The position numbers and the translations under genes are program-made. Under the pieces are notes generated by a model. The model searched no databases. It was not told the origin of the DNA and was given only the letters and a program-made list of their open reading frames with translations. Positions 47,181 to 56,593 of a stretch of DNA of 64,000 nt are shown one piece after another; position 1 is the stretch's first letter, and every line of letters begins with the position of its first letter. This DNA is from Candidatus Binatia bacterium (GTDB lineage: Bacteria; Desulfobacterota; Binatia; Bin18). The stretch spans positions 549,420 through 613,419 of the forward strand of contig OY729511.1 of NCBI GenBank assembly GCA_963422435.1. Direction: 5' to 3'.

Positions 47181-48368
47181 GTGCAAACGGCGCAAAAATG
47201 CGCTACATGCGAGGGGCAAGGAGGGAATATGCTGCACGGAAAAATCATTGATGCGGACGGACACATACTGGAACCGGTTGATCTGTGGCAGAACTACCTG
47301 GAGGCCAAGTTCAAAGACCGTGCCATTCGGATGGACACCGGCGATGATGGCGTTGAATACCTCGTGGTTGAGAACAAACCGCTGCCCATTACCCGTGGCA
47401 TAGGCCCGACCGCGGCGGGTATCGGACAGCCCCTCCGCTCTATTTTTGAGCCGGGCCGTTTTGGCTACCGTGACGGCCCTCCGGGGGCCTACGATGCACA
47501 GGCGCGTCTGCAACGCATGGATGCGGACGGCATCGATATCTCGGTGCTCTTTCCCACCCTCGGACTCATCTGGGAACCCGGCATTACCGATGTCGAGCTC
47601 TCGTCGGCCTACTGCCGCGCCTATAACAACTGGATTCTTGATTTCTGTTCCGCCGACCCGAACCGACTCATCCCGGTTGCCCACATCGTTCTGCTGGATA
47701 TTGACGCGGCAATTGAGGAAGTGCAGAGGGTGGCAAAGCTCGGGCATAGAGGCGTGTTCGTGTGTGCCGCACCAGCCAATAAGCGGGCCTTTTGGGACCG
47801 GGCCTACGATCCGTTGTGGGCCGTGTTGCAGGACTGTGATTTGTCCATCGGTTTCCACACCGCGGTGCATGCAGACTTTCTCGGCCATCAGTGGATTGCC
47901 CAGGAAAACACCGACTTCATGGATGCGTCGTTTGTGTATTTTCAGTGTCTGCCGCTCGTGGCTGACGTCCAGGCGGCCTTTGCCGCGCTCTTTCAGGGCG
48001 CAGTCTTTGATCGCTTTCCCAGCCTGAAAGTGAACCTCTTGGAGGTCGGCGCCGGCTGGATTCCGCACGCCCTGGACCGCTGGGACTCCAAATACCAGAA
48101 AATCGGCTATAAGACCGGCCTCAAGCATCTGCCGAGTGCATACTTTGCCCGGCAGTGCTGGATTTCGTTTGACCCGGATGAAACCACGATCCCCCATATG
48201 GCCGAGCGCTATGGCGCCGAGCGCTTTTTGTGGGCCTCGGACTTTCCGCACTGGGACGGCAGCCTTGACGCGCTGGGCGAGACAAGAGAAGCCATTGCCT
48301 CGTTATCTGCGGACGCCCAGCAGTGTGTGCTCGGGGACAACGTGGCCCGGCTGTATAATCTGGCGTGA
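47181..48368 (+). CDS. Amidohydrolase family 2 protein
   Basis: IDADGHILEP, LFPT and WASDFPH. The likely start is the internal MLHGK. Confidence 0.9.
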   Translation: MQTAQKCATCEGQGGNMLHGKIIDADGHILEPVDLWQNYLEAKFKDRAIRMDTGDDGVEYLVVENKPLPITRGIGPTAAGIGQPLRSIFEPGRFGYRDGPPGAYDAQARLQRMDADGIDISVLFPTLGLIWEPGITDVELSSAYCRAYNNWILDFCSADPNRLIPVAHIVLLDIDAAIEEVQRVAKLGHRGVFVCAAPANKRAFWDRAYDPLWAVLQDCDLSIGFHTAVHADFLGHQWIAQENTDFMDASFVYFQCLPLVADVQAAFAALFQGAVFDRFPSLKVNLLEVGAGWIPHALDRWDSKYQKIGYKTGLKHLPSAYFARQCWISFDPDETTIPHMAERYGAERFLWASDFPHWDGSLDALGETREAIASLSADAQQCVLGDNVARLYNLA

Positions 48369-48389
48369 GTCCCGGAGGGCGGGTTCGCA

Positions 48390-48890
48390 GCGCGTGAGCC
48401 GCTCTATTGTTTGTGCGGCTTGGGCGAGGGCAACCGCGCGGTCGATGCGCGGTGTCCGTTCCGCGGTTGGAAGCAGACGGGCGAGAGCGTCCGCGGGTTC
48501 TCTGATATACAGCCTGCGCGGGCCGTACTTGAGAATCTCGCCGCGTTCCTCGGAATGGATCAGCCCTTCGACCGAGAGGTCAACAATGAAGTCAACCTGC
48601 TTCAGCATCTCAACCACCTCGGGGAATCCGTGCAGCAGCGTGGAGCAGACGTTCCCCCGGTTCACCGCGGTGTCGTTTTGCTGCGTCGGGTCAATGGGCA
48701 GCATGAGCTGAAACGGCCGCGCCCCACAGGCGCTCAGGCGCGCCAGACTCGTCGCCAGATATTGCGCCGAAGAGTCCGGTTCGGTCAGAATCGCCGCAGT
48801 CTAGCCGGACTGCACCTGACACCAGGCAAACTCCTGGGCAAACAGGGCGGTCAATGTCGGGGTGGGTTGCAACATGCGGTCTGCCCTCAT
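48390..48890 (-). pseudogene. NicX-like (M29-fold) remnant with nonsense codon and 3' truncation
   Basis: LFAQEFAWCQVQSG-TAG(48801-48803)-TAAILTE...VDFIVDL...EPADALARLLPT aligns by eye to the 50969-52021 product. The catalytic C-half is missing; the 3' boundary is approximate. Confidence 0.75.
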
Positions 48891-48923
48891 CGGAACACGT
48901 CCTGCACCGGACCCGGGCGCGCT

Positions 48924-49391
48924 CTAGTTGGTGGCCGGGCGCGACACTCCGGCCATAGCGCCTTTGACGGTCGTCTTGAGCGGGTATTGGGAATAGTCGG
49001 CCTTCAACTCAAGGGTATGGCCGTTCGGGTCGGTGACGTAGACCGAGGTGCCATAGCCGGTTGCGCCGTACAGCTCGACGGGTCCGAAGGTAATCGGCAC
49101 AGCGTTGTCCTTCAGATACTGGACAATGGCGTCAAAATCGCCGTGCATATGCAGACAGACATGATCGACCCCCCGCCGGTCTTTGTCCGCCAGCGTGCTC
49201 CCTTCCGGCAGGACCCGCAGGTCGATCAGATTGCGGCCGCACCGCACCTGATACAGCCCCATATCCTCGATGACCCGCTCGACGCTCAGGCCCAGGACCG
49301 TCGCATAAAAGTGCAAAGTTTTTTCGATATCCGTGACTTGCAGCACGACATGATCGATACCGTGAAACTGAATCGGGCACTCGGATTTCAT
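48924..49391 (-). CDS. VOC/glyoxalase family protein
   Basis: IDHVVL, VDHVCL and YVTDPNGHTLELK. Confidence 0.9.
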   Translation of the reverse strand: MKSECPIQFHGIDHVVLQVTDIEKTLHFYATVLGLSVERVIEDMGLYQVRCGRNLIDLRVLPEGSTLADKDRRGVDHVCLHMHGDFDAIVQYLKDNAVPITFGPVELYGATGYGTSVYVTDPNGHTLELKADYSQYPLKTTVKGAMAGVSRPATN

Positions 49392-49717
49392 ACATCCTCC
49401 ACTGGCGCAAAGCGTCTGACATCAAAGCCATTGATCACGGCCGGATTTTGAAACATCTCCACGGCGTTGGCCACTTCCATTAAGGACAGACTCAGATGGA
49501 ACAGCCGCTCCGCCTCGGGCGGTAGGGCATCGAGCGGCAAGGCGTTCAGATAGGCCATAACGGCTTCCACGCGCGCGGACATGCGGTCATAGAATGCCTG
49601 GATATCTTCCATGCTGCTGGCCAGGCGCTGGCCGGTCCGCTCCTGCTCCGTGGCGAGCGCCCAGTCGATAAAAGGCTCAAGATCGGCAAACTCAGCGGGC
49701 AGTGTCGATGCGCTCAC
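49388..49717 (-). CDS. Small acidic helical protein coupled to a Rieske oxygenase
   Basis: 109 aa, 3 nt downstream of the Rieske gene and overlapping the VOC start (ATGA-type overlap). Confidence 0.75.
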   Translation of the reverse strand: MSASTLPAEFADLEPFIDWALATEQERTGQRLASSMEDIQAFYDRMSARVEAVMAYLNALPLDALPPEAERLFHLSLSLMEVANAVEMFQNPAVINGFDVRRFAPVEDV

Positions 49718-49720
49718 GGT

Positions 49721-50953
49721 TTATCTTGCCCCCTCTCCCTCGCGCCGCTCGGTCGGCCCCCCAAGGGAATAGGGGGGCGCCTCGGCGTAAAAGCGTTCGA
49801 GTACGGTGTGGAAATACCGAATCTGCATTTCTTCGTCCTGGAAATACAACTCCTTCTTGGCCCGCGAGGCCAGCCCGATATGAATCTGTTCGTGGGCGGT
49901 GGCATCTTCTTGCAGGAGGTCCCGGAGCAGGCACTTGAAATACTCCTGGCCGACGCGCTGGCCGGCGTTTTCAGCCGGACGAAAATAGAGCTTGATATCC
50001 CAGTCGGTCCGGTCGACCGCCTGTGGCCAGAAGTTATAGGACATATAGAAGTCGTGCGAGACGCCGCGAAAGAGCAGCAGCGCCATATTGGGAAAGATCG
50101 TATAAAAATCAAAAGAGCCGATGCGGGGCAGGCGGTGTTCGGTCTCGGCGACGCTGAACCGGGCGGCCAGCCTTTCGGTGGCCGGGCCAACGCGATCATC
50201 GGGCGGGTCTGACGAATACATGCTGTGATGGTTGAATAGGCGGACATCGAGCAGGCGCGTGAATTGCCCGTCTTTCAGCACGCAGAACTTGGGAATGGTC
50301 CGGCGGTGCTGAAACGGCAAATGATACAACTCGTTCTGGGCGTCAAGGGCGATTTTCCAGTTGGCGTGCTCGTCCACTTTATACCGTGCGGTCAGCGCCA
50401 GTTCGCCAAAGCCGCCACCCTCAAGCTGGTCGGCCACCCCGCCCAGATATGCCCGGAGGCTCTCGGGCGGACGCTCGGCCAGATGAATAAAGATAAAGCC
50501 TTCGAACACCTCGGTGTGGACCGGGGTCAGGCCCAGGTCGCACTTGGGCAGATCGAAAAAGTTCTCCTCATCCGGCACCCAGGTCAGCTCGCCCCTGGTG
50601 TTATACGCCCAGGCGTGAAAACCACAGGTAAGCGTGCCTTTACAGGTGCCCTTTTCGTCCCAGACGAGCTTGTTGCCACGGTGGGAGCACACGTTGTGAA
50701 AGCCCCGGACCGCACCGTCCCTGCCCCGAATGATCAGAACCGAGGCGCGACACATGGCCAGGTCTTTGGCAATATAATCGCCGGGGTTCGGAACCTCCTC
50801 GACCCGGCCGATATTCAGCCAGGTGCGCCGGAAGATATTCTCCCGGTCGAGCTCAAAGTGCTCCGGCGAAATCAGTGGCTCGGCGGAAACCGGGCCGGTA
50901 CCGATCTCCGGGTATTTCTCCGCCCAGCGTTTATCCGCAATTACGGTCCGCAT
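49721..50953 (-). CDS. Rieske non-heme iron oxygenase alpha subunit
   Basis: CSH...CGFH Rieske ligands; ELYHLPFQH...QED iron site. Confidence 0.92.
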   Translation of the reverse strand: MRTVIADKRWAEKYPEIGTGPVSAEPLISPEHFELDRENIFRRTWLNIGRVEEVPNPGDYIAKDLAMCRASVLIIRGRDGAVRGFHNVCSHRGNKLVWDEKGTCKGTLTCGFHAWAYNTRGELTWVPDEENFFDLPKCDLGLTPVHTEVFEGFIFIHLAERPPESLRAYLGGVADQLEGGGFGELALTARYKVDEHANWKIALDAQNELYHLPFQHRRTIPKFCVLKDGQFTRLLDVRLFNHHSMYSSDPPDDRVGPATERLAARFSVAETEHRLPRIGSFDFYTIFPNMALLLFRGVSHDFYMSYNFWPQAVDRTDWDIKLYFRPAENAGQRVGQEYFKCLLRDLLQEDATAHEQIHIGLASRAKKELYFQDEEMQIRYFHTVLERFYAEAPPYSLGGPTERREGEGAR

Positions 50954-50968
50954 GTGACTCTCTCCTTC

Positions 50969-52021
50969 TTATCCAGCCGCGGCCCGCATCTCTTGGGGGA
51001 TCACGTCGCCGTCTTGCACAATGAGTTCATCATCAAGGTATAGCGTACAGCCTTTCATGGGCAGGTCCATATGGCAGGCCGTATCGTTGCTCCCGCCGAG
51101 TTCGACGTTGGGACCGGTTGAGAACAGGACGTTGCCGTAAAAGGCCCGCCCGTCCATACCGACCGTAGGAGCGCCGGTGGCGAGATAATCCCAGCGGGCG
51201 AGGTCGTTGAGACCCCAGCCGATGTGTGAGATGGCAAACGCCCGAGGGTCGTGAAAGCCGTCCATATAATTCTTCACCAGCATGGCATCGAAGCCACCAC
51301 CGATATCAACGACCAAGCCGTCCCGAATGGTGAAGGTGATCGGCTCCTGGACGTATTTATTAAACGGAAACAGAATATCGCCGCGGTCCATGACGACCGT
51401 GCCGTTGACCCCGGTCTCGCTGCCCTGGGTCGCCAGAAATCCGCCCGGCCAGTGGTCCCAGCGACCGGGGGTGTCCGTAAAGCCGTATTCGGTCAGAATC
51501 GGGAATTGCCCCAACTCGTAGCGTACATCCGTTCCGGCCGGGTTGGTAAAGCGGAGGTTCTGGGCCTTGGCCAAACGCGCTTCCGCGGCCTCGACACGCT
51601 CGCGCAGTGCCTGGGTGGGGAAGAGACGCGCCAGGACCTCAAAGGGTTCAACCACCAGCAGGATGCGGGTGTCCGCGGCCTGAATCTCCAGTTGCTCTTT
51701 TGAAAACAGCAGAAAAATAAGGTCTACGACCAGGTCCGCGCTTTTAAGGGCCTCGATGGCCGGCCGGTTCCCGGCCAGGGCGTTCTGGCCCACCTCGCCG
51801 GCCACGTTTTGCGCCCCACCCGCGCTCCGCGCCGGCAGGTTGACGTTGAACACATCCACCCCCAGCTCACGCGCGGCAATCATAAACGCCGACGCATACG
51901 CCACCGCTTGTTCCGCCTCTGACAGAACCGCAAGGGTTTCTCCCGGCTTGACTTTGCACAGGTCAAGCTCCTGCTGGAACAGACTCACCATCGTATTGGT
52001 CTGACTGATTGAGAGAGACAT
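50969..52021 (-). CDS. 2,5-dihydroxypyridine 5,6-dioxygenase (NicX)-like protein
   Basis: PGRWDHWPGGF, SHIGWGLN, FSTGPN and CHMD (His...HxD). Confidence 0.78.
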   Translation of the reverse strand: MSLSISQTNTMVSLFQQELDLCKVKPGETLAVLSEAEQAVAYASAFMIAARELGVDVFNVNLPARSAGGAQNVAGEVGQNALAGNRPAIEALKSADLVVDLIFLLFSKEQLEIQAADTRILLVVEPFEVLARLFPTQALRERVEAAEARLAKAQNLRFTNPAGTDVRYELGQFPILTEYGFTDTPGRWDHWPGGFLATQGSETGVNGTVVMDRGDILFPFNKYVQEPITFTIRDGLVVDIGGGFDAMLVKNYMDGFHDPRAFAISHIGWGLNDLARWDYLATGAPTVGMDGRAFYGNVLFSTGPNVELGGSNDTACHMDLPMKGCTLYLDDELIVQDGDVIPQEMRAAAG

Positions 52022-52163
52022 GGGATCGCTCCTTTGGAAAATTCGCCCCAGCGGGCCGATAGACCGCCACCCCATGCTGTGCGTATACCGTTCGCTTATG
52101 CTCTGTCAAGCAAAAGTCTTGACACCATTTTCCCACACTGCCAGACTCACGCCGGAGCGATTT

Positions 52164-52204
52164 CTCCCCCTACCCTGACCCTCTCTCCAACGGAGAACGG
52201 GGAG
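52164..52204. repeat. G/C-rich palindromic repeat, copy C
   Basis: CTCCCCCTACCCTGACCCTCTCTCCAACGGAGAACGGGGAG. Confidence 0.55.
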
Positions 52205-52222
52205 TGATGCAAGGAATACACT

Positions 52223-54613
52223 ATGGCAACCAGTCTGGCTGGCACGGGAAAGATGGTCGGCGCGGAGGTCAAGCGGGTGGAAGACCCCCGCCTGCTCCTG
52301 GGCAAAAGTCAGTATGTGGACGATATTCATCTGCCCGATACGCTGGCCGTTGCCTTTGTCCGTAGTCCGTATGCACACGCGCGGATTCTCAGCATTGATA
52401 CGAGTGCGGCTACGGCCCACCCCGGCGTCCAGGCAGTCATCACCGGTGAGGATATCGCCGACGTTATCACGCCGCTGCGGGTTGAATTTGATCCCAGCGC
52501 CGCGCCCACTCACAAGTCCTGCGACTGGCCGGTCCTGGCGCGCGGAAAAGTCCGGTTTGTGGGTGAGATGCTGGTAGCCGTTATTGCCACCGATCGCTAT
52601 ATAGCCGAGGATTCCGCCGCGCTGGTCGCGGTCGAGTACGACCCGCTCGACGCCCTCTGGGACATGGAGCAGGCCCTGGAGCCGGACTCCCCCCTGGCCC
52701 ATGAAGACTGGGGCGACAACGTCATGCAGACCCTGGAAGCAGGCATGGGCGAGGTCGAGATGGCCTTTGCCTCTGCCGACACGGTTGTGGCTGAGCGTTT
52801 CACAACGGGTCGTCACATGTCCCTGCCCATGGAAACGCGCGGCTGTCTGGCCAGCTATGAAGCGGCCACAGACTCACTGACGGTGTGGTCTTCGACCCAG
52901 ATTCCGCACATGCTACGCACAAACTTGGCGCTCTTTCTGGACTTTCCCGAACACCGTATCCGTGCCATCGCCCCGGATGTGGGCGGCGGCTTTGGACCCA
53001 AGGCGCACGTCTTTCCCGAGGAAATCCTGACGGCCTTCTTTGCCCGTCGGTTTGGCCGTCCGGTCAAGTGGATTGAAGATCGGCGGGAAAACCTGGCAGC
53101 CGCCATGCACGCCAAGCACCAGATTGTCGAGGCCGAGATCGCCCTGAAAAACGACGGGACGATTCTGGGCCTCAAGGCCCGCTTTCTGAACGACGTTGGC
53201 GCGTATTCGGCCTTTCCGTTCAGCTCTGCTCTGGAAGCCGGACACGCGGCCTCCGCACTCCCCGGTCCGTATAAAATCCCGGCCTATCGCTATAAGGCGG
53301 TCTCTATCGTCACCAATAAGGTCACCCTGGGTGCATACCGCGGCGTGGGCCTGCCGATTGCCATCCTGGTCATGGAGCGACTGCTGAATCTGGGCGCGCA
53401 GCGGCTCGGGCTCGATCCGGCGGAAATCCGCCTGCGGAATATGATCCGCCAGGACGAGCATCCCTATACCACCATTGCCGGAGCCGAAATCGAGAGTGGC
53501 AGCCACCAGGAGTCCTTACGCAAGGCCCTGGACATGTTGGGCTATACGGACTTCCGGGCCGAACAGGAACGCGCCCGCCAAGCCGGTCGCTATGTTGGGG
53601 TGGGTCTGGGTTGTTACATCGAGGGCACGGCCCTGGGCTCTTCGTTCTGGAATATCATGGGCTTACCCATTGGCGGCTATGAATCGGCGACGGTCCGTAT
53701 GGATATTGACGGCAAAGTGACCGTCCTGGCCGGCTCGTCGTCACACGGCCAGGGCCATCAGACGACGCTGGCCCAGGTGGCCGCCGACGAATTAGGGGTC
53801 GCCTTTGAGGATGTCAGAGTGATCCAGAACGATACTACCATTGTGCCGTACGGCTGGGGCACCTGGGGGAGCCGGACCGCGGTGACCAGCGGGGGCGCAA
53901 TTATTGGAGCCGCCACACGAGTCCGCGAAAAGATTTTGCGCACGGCCTCACGTCTCAGTGAGATTCCACCAGCCGACCTCGAACTCGCCGGTGGTATGGT
54001 GACCCGCAAACAGGACGGGACCAGCCTCATGCCGATTAAGACGATCGCCTACCAGGCCATCGTCGCGCCCAGCAATTTAGCCCCGGAAGATGAGCCAGGG
54101 CTGGAGGCCACCACACATTACGAGCCCCCGCCGGCCACGCATTCCAATGCCACCCATCTGGCGACAGTGGAAGTCGATCCTGAGACCGGCCAGATCAGCC
54201 TGCTCCGCTATATCGTTGTTGAAGATTGCGGCCGGATTATTAACCCCATCATTGTGGATGGACAGATTCAGGGCGGGGTCGCCCAGGGAATTGGCACGGC
54301 CATGTATGAGCAGGCCCTCTACGACGAGAACGGGCAGTTCCTGACCGGCACGCTGATGGATTACCTCGTCCCCACCGCCCTGGATGTTCCTCGGGTTGAG
54401 ATTGGGCATATTGAAACGCCATCGCCTTTCAGCAAGGGCGGCATCAAAGGCATGGGTGAGGGGGGAGCCATTGCGCCACCTGCCGCGATTGCGAATGCGG
54501 TCGCCGATGCGCTCTCCCCGTTCGGAGTCCAGGTAAGCGAAATTCCGCTTACGCCGGAGCGGGTGTTGGCGTGTCTCGAACGGGCGAGAAACGCGGCCGG
54601 GACACCCGACTAG
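52223..54613 (+). CDS. Xanthine dehydrogenase/CoxL-family molybdopterin-binding large subunit (not form I CODH)
   Basis: VGGGFGPK, AYRGVG (not AYxCSFR), SHGQG, GQIQGG and KGMGE. Confidence 0.92.
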   Translation: MATSLAGTGKMVGAEVKRVEDPRLLLGKSQYVDDIHLPDTLAVAFVRSPYAHARILSIDTSAATAHPGVQAVITGEDIADVITPLRVEFDPSAAPTHKSCDWPVLARGKVRFVGEMLVAVIATDRYIAEDSAALVAVEYDPLDALWDMEQALEPDSPLAHEDWGDNVMQTLEAGMGEVEMAFASADTVVAERFTTGRHMSLPMETRGCLASYEAATDSLTVWSSTQIPHMLRTNLALFLDFPEHRIRAIAPDVGGGFGPKAHVFPEEILTAFFARRFGRPVKWIEDRRENLAAAMHAKHQIVEAEIALKNDGTILGLKARFLNDVGAYSAFPFSSALEAGHAASALPGPYKIPAYRYKAVSIVTNKVTLGAYRGVGLPIAILVMERLLNLGAQRLGLDPAEIRLRNMIRQDEHPYTTIAGAEIESGSHQESLRKALDMLGYTDFRAEQERARQAGRYVGVGLGCYIEGTALGSSFWNIMGLPIGGYESATVRMDIDGKVTVLAGSSSHGQGHQTTLAQVAADELGVAFEDVRVIQNDTTIVPYGWGTWGSRTAVTSGGAIIGAATRVREKILRTASRLSEIPPADLELAGGMVTRKQDGTSLMPIKTIAYQAIVAPSNLAPEDEPGLEATTHYEPPPATHSNATHLATVEVDPETGQISLLRYIVVEDCGRIINPIIVDGQIQGGVAQGIGTAMYEQALYDENGQFLTGTLMDYLVPTALDVPRVEIGHIETPSPFSKGGIKGMGEGGAIAPPAAIANAVADALSPFGVQVSEIPLTPERVLACLERARNAAGTPD

Positions 54614-54627
54614 AAGGAGGACAGATC

Positions 54628-55401
54628 ATACAGTTCGGCGTGTGTATCGCCACGAAGATCGATGACTGGCAGTTGATCCAGTATGCCGAAGAGTTGGGCT
54701 ATGACCGAGCCTGGGTGCCCGACTCGCGATGATCTGGTCGGACTGCTACGCTACCTTGGCCCTGGCCGCCCAGCACCCCTCACGTATCCGTATTGGAACG
54801 GGAGTGGCCATCCCTGGGACGCGCATCGCCCCGGTCACCGCCCACTCCATTGCTTCCCTCAATCGCCTCGCGCCGGGCCGGGTCTTTTTGGGGATTGGCA
54901 CCGGACATACGGCCATGCGGGTCATGGGGATGCAGCCGATGCGGATCCGAGACCTCCGGGAGTATCTGCGGGTGGTCCGACCGCTCCTGCGGGGGGAAGA
55001 AGGAGCGGGTCAGTGAGATGTGCGGTTCTCAGGTCGCCGCCATCATCCACTTTGTGTACGAAATCTATCAACAAACCGGCCGTGAGGAGGTCATCCCCGC
55101 CGGCTATCGAGGCATCTGGGATGGATACTGCGCTCATGTCGAGCAGATGCAGACGCCGGCGGACAAGCGCTCCCTCCAGCTTCACAACGGCCACTGCACC
55201 TTTCTCGTGCCCGAGGAGCGCCACTTTGTCACCCCCGAAGCAATCCGGGCAACCTGTCTGATTGGTGAACCGGCGGCCATCATCGAGCAGCTCCGGGCGG
55301 TCGAAAAGGCCGGTCTGAAAGAAGTGACGCTCCTGCCGCCCATGGCCGCGGCACGCACGGTGTTCAAGGATTTCTCCGAGCAGGTCATGGCGCGCTGCTA
55401 G
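54628..55401 (+). pseudogene. LLM-class oxidoreductase pseudogene
   Basis: Good RBS but ATA in place of ATG; 1-nt loss at about 54727 (DS[Q]MIWSD); second frame change with missing central region at about 55000-55020. Confidence 0.82.
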
Positions 55402-55464
55402 CGCCCGCGTCCGAACCGCTGCGCTTCTCGGCTGAGCCTGCATAAACGTGCTATAAACTCAGGC

Positions 55465-55842
55465 ATGCAGCGGAAGAGACCCTTTGGTCCTGGGTTGCTC
55501 GTTGCAGCCGCTTTTATCGGTCCTGGAACGGTCACGACTGCCAGTGTCGCAGGAGCCCAGTTTGGGTTTGCCCTGGTGTGGAGTGCGGTCGTCCTGCTGG
55601 GGACCGGACTGGCCTTTTTGGGGCAGCAGCCGCTGGTGGCCCTCCTGCTTGCCCAGGCGGTCAACGCCTGCTTACTGCCCTTCCTGGCCGGCTGTCTCCT
55701 GTTTGTCATGAATAAGCAGAAGCTCCTCGGTGCGTACACAAACGGAACGCTGGCCAATATGGCGGGCGGCGCGGTTGTGCTGATTGTGACGGGCTTGGGT
55801 GTCTTTCAATTTTTTCGCGTATGGGGGGTGCTCCCAAGCTGA
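55465..55842 (+). pseudogene. NRAMP-family transporter collapsed by an in-frame internal deletion
   Basis: N-terminal GPGLLVAAAFIGPGTVTT is joined directly to C-terminal AQAVN..LLP..LLFVMN..LLGAYTN; only 125 aa. Confidence 0.78.
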
Positions 55843-55887
55843 CGCGGTCTCACCCCCCGACTGGAGCGGAACACAGCGGAGTCTCGT

Positions 55888-56466
55888 ATGAGCCATTTGT
55901 TTGCCTATCTTTCTCGGATGAAATTTATTCGGCGCTGGAGTTTGATGCACAGTACCTATCCTGAGAACGTCCAGGAGCACAGCCTGCAAGTCGCGCTGGT
56001 GGCTCATATGTTGGCCGTTATTCGAAATCGGCTCTTCTCCGGCGAGGTGAACCCGGAGCGGGCCGCAACCCTGGCCCTCTACCACGATGTTGGCGAGGTC
56101 TTGATTGGCGACCTGCCCACTCCCGTCAAGTATTTTAACCCCGAGATCAAGACCGCCTATCAGACCATTGAGCAGACCGCGGTGCACAAGCTGTTCGGTA
56201 TGCTGCCCGAAGAACTCAGAGACGACTACCAGTCGTTCTTTGCATCGGCTGACACTGACCGCGCCCATCACGATCTGGTCAAAGCCGCGGACAAGCTGTG
56301 TGCCTATCTCAAATGCCTGGAAGAGGTCAGCGCGGGCAATCAGGAATTTTCTCAGGCCGAACAGACGCTCAAGGAGACGGTTGAACGGATTGACCTGCCG
56401 GAGGTGCGCTATTTTCTGGAGACCTTTGTCCCGAGTTTCCGCCTGACCCTCGACGAGCTGGGTTAG
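55888..56466 (+). CDS. yfbR: HD-domain 5'-deoxynucleotidase
   Basis: MSHLFAYLSRMKFIRRWSLM, ENVQEHS, YHDVGE..GDLPTPVKY and ADKLCAYLKC. Confidence 0.9.
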   Translation: MSHLFAYLSRMKFIRRWSLMHSTYPENVQEHSLQVALVAHMLAVIRNRLFSGEVNPERAATLALYHDVGEVLIGDLPTPVKYFNPEIKTAYQTIEQTAVHKLFGMLPEELRDDYQSFFASADTDRAHHDLVKAADKLCAYLKCLEEVSAGNQEFSQAEQTLKETVERIDLPEVRYFLETFVPSFRLTLDELG

Positions 56467-56593
56467 AAGAGAAGACGGACCGAACGGGCGGCTTTTTTCG
56501 TTCCGAGCCGCAACCTGGCTGGCGTGAGCCCCCTCTCTCAATTACAGTTAAGAAGTACCGCAGGCGCAATCCAGGACACGTCAGGAGGGGAAA

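Noticed and set aside
47109-48251. 380-aa minus-strand ORF
   Set aside because: Antisense shadow of the amidohydrolase. The same applies to most other overlapping ORFs in the track.
4793-48803. Alternative genetic code, selenocysteine or pyrrolysine explaining the in-frame stops
   Set aside because: TGA and TAG end many genes at their natural termini, TGG is used for Trp, and most interrupted genes carry additional lesions.
52223-54613. Aerobic CO dehydrogenase (form I CoxL)
   Set aside because: The active-site loop is AYRGVG, not AYxCSFR, and coxS/coxM are absent.
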